DNA of 64,000 bases from NCBI GenBank assembly GCA_035623825.1, contig DASPSR010000007.1, forward strand, positions 96,001 through 160,000, given 5' to 3'. Shown here piece after piece: positions 39,626-49,851 of this stretch (positions are counted from its first letter, which is position 1; each line of letters starts with the position of its first letter). Both the position numbers and the translations under genes were made by a program. A model generated the notes under the pieces. The model saw nothing but the letters and a program-made list of their open reading frames with translations, made no database searches and was not told the DNA's origin. Source of the DNA: Nitrospirota bacterium (GTDB lineage Bacteria > Nitrospirota > UBA9217).

Positions 39626-42289
39626 ATGAAAACCGGCAGTATTCGTTTCACACTTATCTTGTCGCTGCTGATCTGTTTCGTCCCGGTCACGCTGCCGGCA
39701 GCAGATAAGGACGTTCTTCGTGCATCGCTCGCGAACGGGCTTCGGGTGGTGATCGTGAAAAACGCGCTGGCACCCGTGGTGACCACAGAGGTGAATTACC
39801 TAGTGGGGTCAAATGAGGCGCCGGAAGGGTTTCCCGGTATGGCACACGCGCAAGAGCACATGATGTTTCGGGGAAGTCCGGGAATGTCCGCTGCCCAACT
39901 TTCGAACATCATTGCCCTGATGGGAGGGGACTTTAACGCAGATACTCAGCAGACCGTTACCCAGTATTTTTTCACCGTACCCAAGGATGCGCTGGATGTT
40001 GCACTCAAAGTGGAAGCAGTGCGCATGCAGGGTGTGCTGAACACTCAGGAGCTCTGGGAGCAGGAGCGGGGGGCGATAGAACAGGAGGTGGCCCAGGATC
40101 TCTCGACCCCGGATTACGTTTTTTCAATGCGACTCCTTGCGGAGATGTTTGCAGGTACACCCTATGCACATGATGCTTTGGGCACGCGACCTTCGTTTCA
40201 GAAGACGACGGGTGCTATGCTCAAGCAGTTTTTTGACTCGTGGTATGCACCGAACAACGCCATCCTCGTCATCGTTGGTGATGTGGACCAGCAGAAGACC
40301 CTGGAAAAGGTTAAGGATCTTTTCGGAGCGATTCCGAAGCGGACATTGCCAGACCGTCCGGCGGTAAAGCTTCAGCCGGTGAAGCCAGCGACGATCGCAT
40401 TTGATACGGATTTATCGTACGGCCTAGCGGTTGCGGCCTATCGCCTGCCCGGATTCGACAGCCCTGACTACGCCACAGGCCAAATTCTGGCTGACGTTCT
40501 GGACAGCCGGAGAGGAAATCTCTACACGCTGGTTGTCGAAGGGAAATCGCTCTTCACAGGCTTCGATGGGGGTACGCTGCCGAAGGCAGCATACGGATAC
40601 GCCTTTGCTGCATTTCCGCCGGGAGGGGACGGCAAAGGCCTGGTTACTACAATAAAGAATATCATTGCCGAGTACGTGAAAAATGGGGTCCCTGCTGATC
40701 TCGTCGAATCGGCAAAACGTCATGAGATCGCTGATGCGGAATTTCAGAAGAATTCAGTTGCCGGACTCGCTGCCGCCTGGTCCCAGGCCCTCGCAGTCGA
40801 AGGCCGAGGCTCACCTGACGACGATATTGAAGCAATCAGAAGAGTAACGGTCGAAGACGTGAACCGCGTGGCCAGAGAATTTCTAGTGAACGATTCGGCG
40901 ATCACTGCAGTTCTTACACCGCGGCCATCGGGAAATCCCGTCTCCTCCAAGGGGTTCGGCGGCAAAGAGTCCTTTGCCCCTCAAGAGACCAGTCCTGTTG
41001 AACTTCCCGCATGGGCGCAGAAAGCTGCAATACCGCCCGGTGTGCCGGTGTCCCTGGTTAATCCCGACGTTTCCACACTGCCCAACGGGATTCGCCTGAT
41101 TGTTCAGCCTGAGAATGTAAGTCCCACGGTTAGCGTTATTGGCCAGGTGAAGAACAACGACGATCTTGAAGAGCCTGCGGGACAAGAAGGGGTCTCCGAC
41201 GTGCTGGGAGGCCTCTTCTCCTATGGGACAACATCTCTCGACAGGCTCGCGTTCCAGAAGGCTCAGGACGATATTGGTGCAGATGTTTCAGCCGGTTTAT
41301 CGTTCTCGCTCAGGGTTCTCTCAGACCATTTCGATCGGGGCATGGAACTCCTTGCGGACAACATACTGCATCCGGCTCTGCCTGAAGCAGCCTTCGTCGT
41401 TGTGCAGCGGGAAACGGTCAGTTCCCTGCAGGGCCAACTCAAGAGCCCTGCCTATCTTTCGAGGCGGGCGCTTCGTGAGGCCCTCTATCCCAAGAACGAC
41501 CCAGTGCTTCGCGATCCCTCACCAGAGACCGTGGCGGCGCTTTCACTGCACGACGTTAAATCCTATTATGCAAAGGCTTTCCGCCCCGATATGATGACCA
41601 TCGTGATAATCGGCAATGTGACTCCGGAACAAGCGCGTACAACAGTGGGAAAATACTTCGGAACCTGGACTGCGGCGGGGCCGAAACCGGCGACGGATCT
41701 TCCAGCCGTGCCGCACAACAAGCCCTCGGCGTCTTCGGTCCCCGATACGAGTAGGGTTCAGAATGAGGTGCTGCTTGCCGAGACAATTGACGTCACGCGT
41801 TCTCACCCGGATTACTACAAACTTCAGCTCGGCAACCACGTTCTGTCCGGTGCATTCTACGCTACGCGTCTCTATCGCGACCTTCGTGAGAAGGCCGGAC
41901 TTGTCTATTCGGTAGAGTCTTATCTCGAGACTGGGAAGAACCGATCCCTTTTCAGCGTTTCATACGCATGCGACCCGCCGAATGTGTCGAAGGCGCGGGC
42001 AATGGTCGAGAGCAATCTGCGCGAAATGCAGACTTCACCCGTGACGGAGGAGGAATTGCAGCGGGCCAAAACGCTTCTCGTCAGGCAGATTCCCCTCACT
42101 GAAGCGAGCACAGATAGCATCGCCCGGAGGCTGCTCTCCCTCTCGCTGGAGGATCTGCCTCTTAACGAACCTGTCCGTGCTGCACAGCATTACCTTGAGA
42201 CGACGGCCGAACAAGTAAGGGATTCGTTTGCCAAATGGATACGGCCCGCCGACTTCGTTCAGGTAACAATCGGTCCTACCCCGGAATAG
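39626..42289 (+). CDS. M16 (insulinase/pitrilysin) zinc peptidase, exported
   Basis: Signal peptide; inverted zinc motif HAQEH; duplicated M16 domains. Confidence 0.93.
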   Translation: MKTGSIRFTLILSLLICFVPVTLPAADKDVLRASLANGLRVVIVKNALAPVVTTEVNYLVGSNEAPEGFPGMAHAQEHMMFRGSPGMSAAQLSNIIALMGGDFNADTQQTVTQYFFTVPKDALDVALKVEAVRMQGVLNTQELWEQERGAIEQEVAQDLSTPDYVFSMRLLAEMFAGTPYAHDALGTRPSFQKTTGAMLKQFFDSWYAPNNAILVIVGDVDQQKTLEKVKDLFGAIPKRTLPDRPAVKLQPVKPATIAFDTDLSYGLAVAAYRLPGFDSPDYATGQILADVLDSRRGNLYTLVVEGKSLFTGFDGGTLPKAAYGYAFAAFPPGGDGKGLVTTIKNIIAEYVKNGVPADLVESAKRHEIADAEFQKNSVAGLAAAWSQALAVEGRGSPDDDIEAIRRVTVEDVNRVAREFLVNDSAITAVLTPRPSGNPVSSKGFGGKESFAPQETSPVELPAWAQKAAIPPGVPVSLVNPDVSTLPNGIRLIVQPENVSPTVSVIGQVKNNDDLEEPAGQEGVSDVLGGLFSYGTTSLDRLAFQKAQDDIGADVSAGLSFSLRVLSDHFDRGMELLADNILHPALPEAAFVVVQRETVSSLQGQLKSPAYLSRRALREALYPKNDPVLRDPSPETVAALSLHDVKSYYAKAFRPDMMTIVIIGNVTPEQARTTVGKYFGTWTAAGPKPATDLPAVPHNKPSASSVPDTSRVQNEVLLAETIDVTRSHPDYYKLQLGNHVLSGAFYATRLYRDLREKAGLVYSVESYLETGKNRSLFSVSYACDPPNVSKARAMVESNLREMQTSPVTEEELQRAKTLLVRQIPLTEASTDSIARRLLSLSLEDLPLNEPVRAAQHYLETTAEQVRDSFAKWIRPADFVQVTIGPTPE

Positions 42290-42443
42290 GCAAAACGAAC
42301 TGACACCACTTCGGCACATTTCCGTTTTGGCTACCAGTGCGCAAATGCTGCTTCATCTCCTCTTCTGCGAAGAGAAAGCCGCTAAAAAGTCACCCCGCAC
42401 GTTCAGGCGTGATTCCGGCGAAGGCTCATCTTAAGATCCTGAT

Positions 42444-42971
42444 CTATTTGATAGCCCCACACGCTACCCTTCCACCTCCGCCTCCCAGCGGAGCCGGCAT
42501 ATCGGAATAATTGTCGCCTCCGGCATGGATCATGAGAGACCGTCCCTTCAAATCGGCTGTCTTGAGCCGTGGTGCCAGAACGGGCGTTGTGGCTTTCCCG
42601 TCAGCGCCGACGTATAAAGCCGGCAAATCGCCGAGATGCCCCTGAGCAAAGGGCCCTTCGTGCTTACTTGTTCCAGCAGGATCGTAGTGCCCTCCCGCCG
42701 CAAGGCCTGACACCTGCTTGCCATCTTTCATAGCCGGGCCGCAATCAGGATTCTGATGCACATGAAAACCATGAATACCCGGCGTCAACTCACTGAGATC
42801 CGGAACCAGCAGCAGCCCGTACTGCGTGTCCGAGATGCTCACCGTGCCGATGCTCTTTCCTGTGCCCTGGTCTGTTATGAGGTTCATTTGAACGACAATT
42901 CCTCCGGCGAACGCAGTCCCTGCGATCACTACTGCAAACACAATCAGCAGAACATATAGACCTTTTCTCAT
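42444..42971 (-). CDS. sodC: Periplasmic Cu/Zn superoxide dismutase
   Basis: [41 protein letters not shown]. Confidence 0.97.
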   Translation of the reverse strand: MRKGLYVLLIVFAVVIAGTAFAGGIVVQMNLITDQGTGKSIGTVSISDTQYGLLLVPDLSELTPGIHGFHVHQNPDCGPAMKDGKQVSGLAAGGHYDPAGTSKHEGPFAQGHLGDLPALYVGADGKATTPVLAPRLKTADLKGRSLMIHAGGDNYSDMPAPLGGGGGRVACGAIK

Positions 42972-43044
42972 GATGTTTTCCTCCTTTGGAAGTTTTTATG
43001 TTTAAATTATAACACATCCTACATGCCCGAGACCTGGCGAAACA

Positions 43045-43072
43045 TTGACAATCAGGTTCAAGGTGGTAAAAT
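43045..43072 (+). promoter_or_regulatory. sigma70-type promoter of the aconitase operon
   Basis: TTGACA-N16-TAAAAT with extended -10 TG. Confidence 0.65.
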
Positions 43073-43080
43073 TAATCATA

Positions 43081-43191
43081 GAAAGGCCCATTAAAAAGGA
43101 CTACTAACATCCTGTTTTTATGAGGTCTTGATTACGGCGAATGGCCCTTTGGTCTACCCCTCGGAAGGGGGGCTATGCTGAACGGGCTTTC
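43081..43191 (+). ncRNA. Candidate structured 5' leader RNA upstream of aconitase
   Basis: Closing stem GAAAGGCCCATT/AACGGGCTTTC enclosing 2-3 hairpins. Confidence 0.35.
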
Positions 43192-43211
43192 AACCATAAG
43201 ACTATGGACGT

Positions 43212-45161
43212 ATGAAAGTGAACAAGAACCTAACTCATCAAATTTTAGAGGCCCACCTGGTGGAAGGGAAACTGGTTGCCGGCAGGGAGATTGGCATCAG
43301 GATCGACCAAACCCTGCTTCAGGATGCCACGGGAACGCTCGCCATGCTGGAGTTCGAGGCATTGGGACTCAATGCGGTCAAGGTAGGGCTTGCAGCGCAA
43401 TACGTGGACCATAATCTCCTCCAGACGGATAACAAGAATGCCGATGATCACAAGTTCCTCCAGACCGCATCCGCACGATATGGTGTTTTTTTCAGCAAGC
43501 CGGGCAACGGCGTATCGCATCAGGTGCACATGGAGCGTTTCGGCGGTCCGGGCAAAATACTTCTAGGCGCGGATAGCCACACCCCGGGTGCTGCGGGTGT
43601 TTCCATGCTGGGCATCGGGGCGGGGGGATTGGATGTCGCCTTGGCTATGGCCGGATATCCCTATTATCTTCCTTGCCCCATAGTGCTCGGAGTCAAACTT
43701 ACGGGCAAACTCCCTGAATGGGTGAGTGCCAAGGACGTGATACTGGAGATGCTGCGGCGTTACGACGTCAAAGGCTGCGTAGGCAAGATCATCGAGTATT
43801 ACGGCCCGGGGGTCAAGACTCTGTCCGCCACAGACCGCGAGACGATCGGCAACATGGGCACGGAGACGGGGGCAACAACCTCCCTCTTCCCGTCTGATGA
43901 ACGGACGCGGGAGTACCTGTTCGCCCAAGGGCGAGGTGATGCGTGGACTCCGCTTTCTGCCGATGATGGGGCGAAGTATGACGAATATATGGAGATCGAC
44001 CTCTCGAGGCTTGAACCGCTTATTGCCAAGCCTTCGTCGCCGGGTAACGTGGTGCCCGTACGCGAAGTGGCTGGTATCAAGGTGGACCAGGCGATCGTCG
44101 GCAGCAGCGTCAACTCATCCTTCCGAGACCTTATGATTGCGGCCAGAATGCTCGAGGGCCGGCGTATCAATCCCGATACCTCGTTCCATGTAAACCCAGG
44201 GAGCCGCCAGGTGCTCGAGAACGTGTATCGGGCAGGAGGTCTCCTGGCCTTTCTGGCCGCAGGCGCACGCGTCCATGAACCCGGATGTCAGGGGTGCATC
44301 GGCATGGGACAGGCGCCGGGCACCGGTGAGGTGAGCCTCCGCACGTTCCCTAGAAATTTCCCGGGCAGATCGGGGACCAAGGAAGACAGGGTCTATCTCT
44401 GCTCTCCCGAGACGGCGACGGCAGCGGCACTGAAGGGAGTGATCACGGACCCGAGAGATCTTGCACAAGACATGGGATACCCCCGGATCGAAGAGCCTGA
44501 ACAGTACCTTATCGACGAGAAGTCCATCATATTTCCGTCAGAGGCACTGAGGAAGACTGCGATCATCCGCGGGCCGAACATCAAGGCTCTGCCAGAACTG
44601 AAACCCCTTCCCGAAACGCTCGAGGCTGAGGTCGTGCTCAAGGCAGGAGACAACATTTCCACGGACACTATCATGCCGGCAGGGAACCGTGTACTTCCCT
44701 TCCGTTCCAACATTGAAGCGATCAGCGAATTCGTATATTCGCCGATAGATCCCGATTTTGCAAAAGAGTGCAAGTCACGGGGTGCCGTGGTCGTCATTGC
44801 CGGCGAGAACTATGGTCAGGGGTCGAGCCGAGAACATGCAGCGCTCGCACCACGGTATCTCGGCGTTCGAGCAAAAATCGTGAAAAGCTTTGCCCGTATT
44901 CACAAATCGAATCTCTGTAATTTCGGCATCCTACCGCTCACTTTCAGAGACCGTTCGGACTATGACAGGTTGAACAAAGGCATGATGGCAGTGTTTTCGG
45001 ATATCCGAAGGCGGATTGAACGGGGTGACCGGGAAATCCCGGTAGAGATTAATGGACAGACCATAATCACGGTTCTGGACGTGTCCGAGCGTCAGCGGAA
45101 ATATCTGCTGGCGGGAGGGACGCTGAATTTCGTTAAGCAGGAGCTTTTGGCTGGAGTGTGA
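43212..45161 (+). CDS. Aconitate hydratase (short type)
   Basis: QDATG, GADSHT, GCQGCIGMG, RTFPRNFPGRSG, NYGQGSSREHAA. Confidence 0.93.
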   Translation: MKVNKNLTHQILEAHLVEGKLVAGREIGIRIDQTLLQDATGTLAMLEFEALGLNAVKVGLAAQYVDHNLLQTDNKNADDHKFLQTASARYGVFFSKPGNGVSHQVHMERFGGPGKILLGADSHTPGAAGVSMLGIGAGGLDVALAMAGYPYYLPCPIVLGVKLTGKLPEWVSAKDVILEMLRRYDVKGCVGKIIEYYGPGVKTLSATDRETIGNMGTETGATTSLFPSDERTREYLFAQGRGDAWTPLSADDGAKYDEYMEIDLSRLEPLIAKPSSPGNVVPVREVAGIKVDQAIVGSSVNSSFRDLMIAARMLEGRRINPDTSFHVNPGSRQVLENVYRAGGLLAFLAAGARVHEPGCQGCIGMGQAPGTGEVSLRTFPRNFPGRSGTKEDRVYLCSPETATAAALKGVITDPRDLAQDMGYPRIEEPEQYLIDEKSIIFPSEALRKTAIIRGPNIKALPELKPLPETLEAEVVLKAGDNISTDTIMPAGNRVLPFRSNIEAISEFVYSPIDPDFAKECKSRGAVVVIAGENYGQGSSREHAALAPRYLGVRAKIVKSFARIHKSNLCNFGILPLTFRDRSDYDRLNKGMMAVFSDIRRRIERGDREIPVEINGQTIITVLDVSERQRKYLLAGGTLNFVKQELLAGV

Positions 45162-45238
45162 CAGTGTCAAGATTTTTTTGAAGGCAGCGCTCAGCATGGC
45201 CGCGATAGATGAAAATAGGACCCAGAGGGGAGGCAAGG

Positions 45239-46420
45239 ATGTCTGATGCCGTGAAAGTTAAAAACATCGGGTTGCGTGGGGTCACGGTGGCGGACACAAA
45301 GATATGCCATATAGACGGCGAGCATGGTATCCTCATCTATCGCGGATACCGAATCGAAGAGCTCGCCAGAAACTCGACATTCGAGGAGACTGCTTATTTA
45401 CTTCTCCACGATTCGCTGCCGACCGAGCAGCAGCTCGAAGAATTTAAAACCCGGCTCGTTGAAGCACGGGAGGTCCCGGGATATATCTTCGACAGCCTCA
45501 AAAAGCTGCCCGTACGGTCACACCCTATGGACGTTCTCCAGGGATCCATACCGCTTTTGGCCACGGCTGATCCAGATCTGTCGGTCGAAACGAGAGAGGC
45601 GAACATTGTAAAGGCCGTAAGGCTTATTGCTCGCATCCCCCCGGTTGTCGCAGGCTGGCAGCGAATACGGAACGGCAAGGATCCGGTGCCGGCTGACGAT
45701 ACGCTGTCCCATGCAGGAAACTTTTTGTGGCAGCTCACGGGCACGCAGCCTGATGCCGAGATAGCCCACGATCTCGATACCGTGCTGGTGCTCCACGCCG
45801 ACCATGCATTCAACCCGTCCACCTTCGCCTGCCGTGAGGTCGTGTCCACGCGTGCGCACATGTATGCAGGCGTCGCTGCAGGGGTAGGCGCTTTATCAGG
45901 AAGCCTCCACGGTGGCGCCAACGCCCAGGTGATGAAGATGCTCTTGGAACTCCGCAACGAAAAGGACATCGCGGCGTGGGTAAAAAGACAACTTGATAGC
46001 GGCCAGAAGATAATGGGCATGGGGCATGCAGTCTATAAGACGCTGGATCCCCGAGCCGTGTTTCTGAAGGACATGTGTTTCAGACTTGGCGAGAAGCTGC
46101 GTGAGCCGCACTGGTGCAGGCTTTCGACCCAGATTGAGGAGAGCGCAGTGGCGGAATTCGAAAAACGAGGCAAGACAACAATCAAGCCCAATGTCGATTT
46201 TTATAGCGCACCGGTCTACCACATGATGGGTATTCCACGCGATCTCATGACGCCGCTCTTCGCAGTGTCGAGGATCGCGGGCTGGACCGCACATATCATC
46301 GAGGAAAAGTTCGGCGACGCACAAGATAAACCCGCGCTTTACAGGCCATCATCAGAGTATATCGGCAACTACTGCGGCAAGACAGGTTGCGTTTATGAGC
46401 CGATTGAAGAGAGGAAGTAA
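45239..46420 (+). CDS. Citrate synthase / 2-methylcitrate synthase family
   Basis: GLRGV, YRGY.IEEL, HADH.FNPSTF, LHGGAN, MGMGHAVY..DPR, NVDFYS. Confidence 0.93.
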   Translation: MSDAVKVKNIGLRGVTVADTKICHIDGEHGILIYRGYRIEELARNSTFEETAYLLLHDSLPTEQQLEEFKTRLVEAREVPGYIFDSLKKLPVRSHPMDVLQGSIPLLATADPDLSVETREANIVKAVRLIARIPPVVAGWQRIRNGKDPVPADDTLSHAGNFLWQLTGTQPDAEIAHDLDTVLVLHADHAFNPSTFACREVVSTRAHMYAGVAAGVGALSGSLHGGANAQVMKMLLELRNEKDIAAWVKRQLDSGQKIMGMGHAVYKTLDPRAVFLKDMCFRLGEKLREPHWCRLSTQIEESAVAEFEKRGKTTIKPNVDFYSAPVYHMMGIPRDLMTPLFAVSRIAGWTAHIIEEKFGDAQDKPALYRPSSEYIGNYCGKTGCVYEPIEERK

Positions 46421-46565
46421 GGCGCTGAAAGGTATGGTGCCGCAGAGTCAGAGGGCAAAAAAAGAAAACCTGGCTCAACATTCAAGATTAAATGTTCGAT
46501 ACGGCATGATCAGCGCTGCTACTTAAAAAAATCAATCATGGGAAAATGCAAGGGGGGTGACAGAA

Positions 46566-47969
46566 ATGAAAGTTCGATCCATGAAAACATACCGAGACAG
46601 AAGCATTAAGATACAATCGATCAACCCCTATAACGAGCAGGTGGTACAGGAATTCGATCTACTGTCGCGTGCCGAACTTGACCGACAGGTTGAGAGGTCC
46701 CGCGAGGCCTTTAACGCTTGGAGGGGCGTTCCGGTCGTTGATCGGGCCAGGCGCGTGAAGACGCTTGGCGACCATTTGCGGGCTGAGAAGAGGAAATATG
46801 CGGAACTCATAACAAGGGAGATGGGGAAGCCCATCAGGGAATCGTTAGCCGAGGTCGAGAAATGTGCATGGCTCTGCGATTATTACGCGGAAAATGCCGA
46901 GCGTTTCCTAAAGCCCGAGGAGATCAAGACGGAGTCGAAGAAGAGCTACGTCGCGTTCGAGCCACTGGGCATCGTGCTCGCGATCATGCCATGGAACTTC
47001 CCTTACTGGCAAGCGTTCCGCTTCGGCATCCCCGCGATAAGCGCGGGGAACGTCGTTTTGCTTAAGCATGCGTCCAATGTGCCTGCGACTGCGCTGTCTA
47101 TCGAGGGCGCATTCCGGGCTGCTGGCTTCCCGGAGAACGTGCTCAAGACCGTGCTCATCGATGCGAATGCCGCACTTAAGCTTATCGACGATGATAAGGT
47201 AGATGCCGTTTCCCTGACGGGAAGCAACAAGGCCGGCGAGAAGGTCGGCGAAAGTGCTGGGAGGAATATCAAGAAGTTCGTGCTAGAACTGGGCGGTTCC
47301 GACCCCTACATAGTCCTTGACGATGCAGACGTAGAAAAGGCGGCTAGGACCGCCGTGAACGCTAGGATGATCAACACCGGTCAGAGTTGCATCGCGGCAA
47401 AGCGCTTCATTGTCATGGAGAAGGTTGCCGAGGAGTTCAAGAAGGTCCTCGTTTCGCGGTTCAAGGAGCTCACGGTCGGCGACCCCATGGACGATACAAC
47501 CGATCTCGGCCCCGTTGCCAAGAAGGAGATCCTTGATTCCCTGAAGGAGCAACTCAGGGATGCGAGGGCAAAAGGCGCCAGCGTCCTGCAGCCCGATCAT
47601 CCCTTTAAGAAGGGCTTTTACTTCGCACCTGCCATTGTCTTCAATCCCAAGGAGAACATGAAGGTCCTCAAAGAGGAGGTGTTCGGACCCATCGCACCGG
47701 TTATCGTCGTCAAGGACGAGGACGAAGCGGTTCGGGTCGCGAACAACACCGACTACGGCCTCGGCGCCTCTGTCTGGAGCCGGAACACGGACAGAGCAGA
47801 GCGGATAGCTTCACGGATCGAGGCTGGTTTCATTGCCATCAACGACATGGTGAAATCCGATCCCCGCTTGCCCTTTGGAGGCGTGAAGAAGTCGGGTGTC
47901 GGCAGGGAGCTATCACATTATGGACTGAGGGAATTCGTGAACATCAAGACCGTGGTTGTAAGGGAATAA
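46566..47969 (+). CDS. NAD(P)-dependent succinate-semialdehyde dehydrogenase (Sad/SsaD type)
   Basis: SINP, IMPWNFP.WQ, LKHASNVP, LELGGSDP, GQSCIAAKRF, EEVFGP, PFGGVK.SG.GREL. Confidence 0.9.
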   Translation: MKVRSMKTYRDRSIKIQSINPYNEQVVQEFDLLSRAELDRQVERSREAFNAWRGVPVVDRARRVKTLGDHLRAEKRKYAELITREMGKPIRESLAEVEKCAWLCDYYAENAERFLKPEEIKTESKKSYVAFEPLGIVLAIMPWNFPYWQAFRFGIPAISAGNVVLLKHASNVPATALSIEGAFRAAGFPENVLKTVLIDANAALKLIDDDKVDAVSLTGSNKAGEKVGESAGRNIKKFVLELGGSDPYIVLDDADVEKAARTAVNARMINTGQSCIAAKRFIVMEKVAEEFKKVLVSRFKELTVGDPMDDTTDLGPVAKKEILDSLKEQLRDARAKGASVLQPDHPFKKGFYFAPAIVFNPKENMKVLKEEVFGPIAPVIVVKDEDEAVRVANNTDYGLGASVWSRNTDRAERIASRIEAGFIAINDMVKSDPRLPFGGVKKSGVGRELSHYGLREFVNIKTVVVRE

Positions 47970-47985
47970 ATCATAAAGACGATCA

Positions 47986-48137
47986 TAACCGTGGAGGCAC
48001 GGAAGAAAGTTCAAGATCCAAATGCCAAAGATAGTTTAGCGGTCGAAAATCAAACAGGTTGCCGAAAGGCTTTCACATTAATATGATATTTGAGCAATGA
48101 TGCTCGCCTTTCTTTTATCGGTGTGCCTCTGTGGTTA
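47986..48137. repeat. REP/MITE-like element with imperfect terminal inverted repeats
   Basis: TAACCGTGGAGGCAC (47986-48000) pairs with GTGCCTCTGTGGTTA (48123-48137), with three G-T wobbles. Confidence 0.5.
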
Positions 48138-48173
48138 AATTTTTGTTTGAGACGTTCGCGAGGATCGTACCCT

Positions 48174-49805
48174 ATGAAGGCATCTGATCTATTCGTAAAG
48201 CAACTCGAAGAAGAGAGCGTCGAGTATATATTTGGCCTTCCCGGGGAGGAGAACCTCGACTTTCTCGAATCGCTCCGCACATCCTCGATTAAGGTCGTCA
48301 TTACGCGGCACGAACAGGCCGCAGCGTTCATGGCCGCCACTTATGGCAGATTGACAGGAAAGGCCGGTGTCTGCTTTTCGACGCTGGGGCCGGGGGCGAC
48401 AAACCTCATGACAGGCGTGGCTCATGCGCAGCTCATCGGCGCACCGCTCATCGCCATCACCGGCCAAAAAGCTCTTCGCGATAACTGGCAGGCAGCCTTT
48501 CAGCTCATCGATGTTGCGAGCATCATGCACCCCGTCACGAAGTATTCCCTCTCAATTGCCGATCCAAGCACCATCCCTACAGTCACGCGGAAAGCGTTCC
48601 GGATCGCACAGTCGGAACGTCCGGGCGCCGTACATATCGAGTTGCCTGAGGATGTCGCCCAGAGCGAGGCGCGCGCGGCCGTACAGAAACGAGGCTATGA
48701 ACGCCGGCCATCTCCTGACCCCAAGGCCGTGGACCGCGCAGCATCCCTGATCAACGCTGCGCAGAACCCCCTCCTCATTCTCTCCTCCGGCGCCAACCGG
48801 AAGTTGATCTCGCGCCGAATAAGCGAGTTCGTGGAGAAAACGGGGATCCACGCGGTTCATACACAAATGGGCAAAGGCGTGCTGAGCGATGCGTCTGAAT
48901 ATAGTCTCTTTGCCACCGGAATCCACAAAAAGGATTTCGTGAACTGTGGCATCGATAAAGCCGACCTCATCGTCACGGTGGGATACAACATCGTCGAGTA
49001 TCCGCCCTACCTCTGGAACGAGCGCTTGGACAAGGAAGTGATCCATATCGGATTCACCCCGGCCGCACTGGACAGGTATTACAACCCTGCTGTCGAAGTT
49101 GTTGGGGATGTGTCAGCGACGCTCAGATCGCTATGTGAGAGGGTTGGGCGAAAGAGCGGAAAAACGTTCCGAGCCATCCGCGCCTATCTGGGGAAAAAGC
49201 TCGCCATTGATCCCACCCGTCAGTTCCCACCCACTCCCCAAGAGGTGGTCTGGCATGTGCGGAATGTGCTGTCCGAGGACGACATCGTTACGATGGACAA
49301 CGGGATCTATAAACTCTGGTTCTCACGGCTCTATAAGACCTATAACCCCAATACTTTTTTACTCGATAATGCCCTTGCGACGATGGGCGCAGGTCTTCCA
49401 TCGGCCACGGCAGCGAAGATGCTCAATCCCGACAAGAATGTCCTCGCTGTAGTGGGAGACGGAGGATTCATGATGAACTCTCAGGAACTGGAGACGGCGC
49501 TCCGATACAACATTCCCGTTGTCGTGCTAATCCTTAACGATAACGCCTTTGGGTTCATCAAGTGGGAGCAGCAGGCCAAGGGCTTCAAAAATTTCAGCTT
49601 GGACTTCGGAAACCCCGACTTTTCACGTTTCGCGGAGAGCTTCGGTGCGGCGGGTTTCAAAGTCCGGAAAGGGGACGACCTCTCGAATGTGTTACGCGAG
49701 GCCTTTGCACTCAAGAGGCCGGCGGTGATCGAATGTCCCATTGATTATTCCGTCAACTATGCAACTTTCTCAAAAGAGCTCTCGAACTTTGTGTGCGAGG
49801 TGTGA
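48174..49805 (+). CDS. ThDP-dependent acetolactate-synthase-large-subunit-like enzyme (candidate 2-oxoglutarate decarboxylase)
   Basis: FGLPGEENL, RHEQ.AAFMA, STLGPGATN, GDGGFMMNSQELETA; no ilvN/ilvC adjacent. Confidence 0.85.
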   Translation: MKASDLFVKQLEEESVEYIFGLPGEENLDFLESLRTSSIKVVITRHEQAAAFMAATYGRLTGKAGVCFSTLGPGATNLMTGVAHAQLIGAPLIAITGQKALRDNWQAAFQLIDVASIMHPVTKYSLSIADPSTIPTVTRKAFRIAQSERPGAVHIELPEDVAQSEARAAVQKRGYERRPSPDPKAVDRAASLINAAQNPLLILSSGANRKLISRRISEFVEKTGIHAVHTQMGKGVLSDASEYSLFATGIHKKDFVNCGIDKADLIVTVGYNIVEYPPYLWNERLDKEVIHIGFTPAALDRYYNPAVEVVGDVSATLRSLCERVGRKSGKTFRAIRAYLGKKLAIDPTRQFPPTPQEVVWHVRNVLSEDDIVTMDNGIYKLWFSRLYKTYNPNTFLLDNALATMGAGLPSATAAKMLNPDKNVLAVVGDGGFMMNSQELETALRYNIPVVVLILNDNAFGFIKWEQQAKGFKNFSLDFGNPDFSRFAESFGAAGFKVRKGDDLSNVLREAFALKRPAVIECPIDYSVNYATFSKELSNFVCEV

Positions 49806-49851
49806 CCCTAAACAACAACAACAAGAACGACGACGCCGATGAGTGATGATG

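Noticed and set aside
43081-43191. yybP-ykoY (Mn) riboswitch on the minus strand toward sodC
   Set aside because: Only partial GGGGTAG/CAAGACC resemblance; the inner stem pairs only on the + strand and the L3 motif is absent
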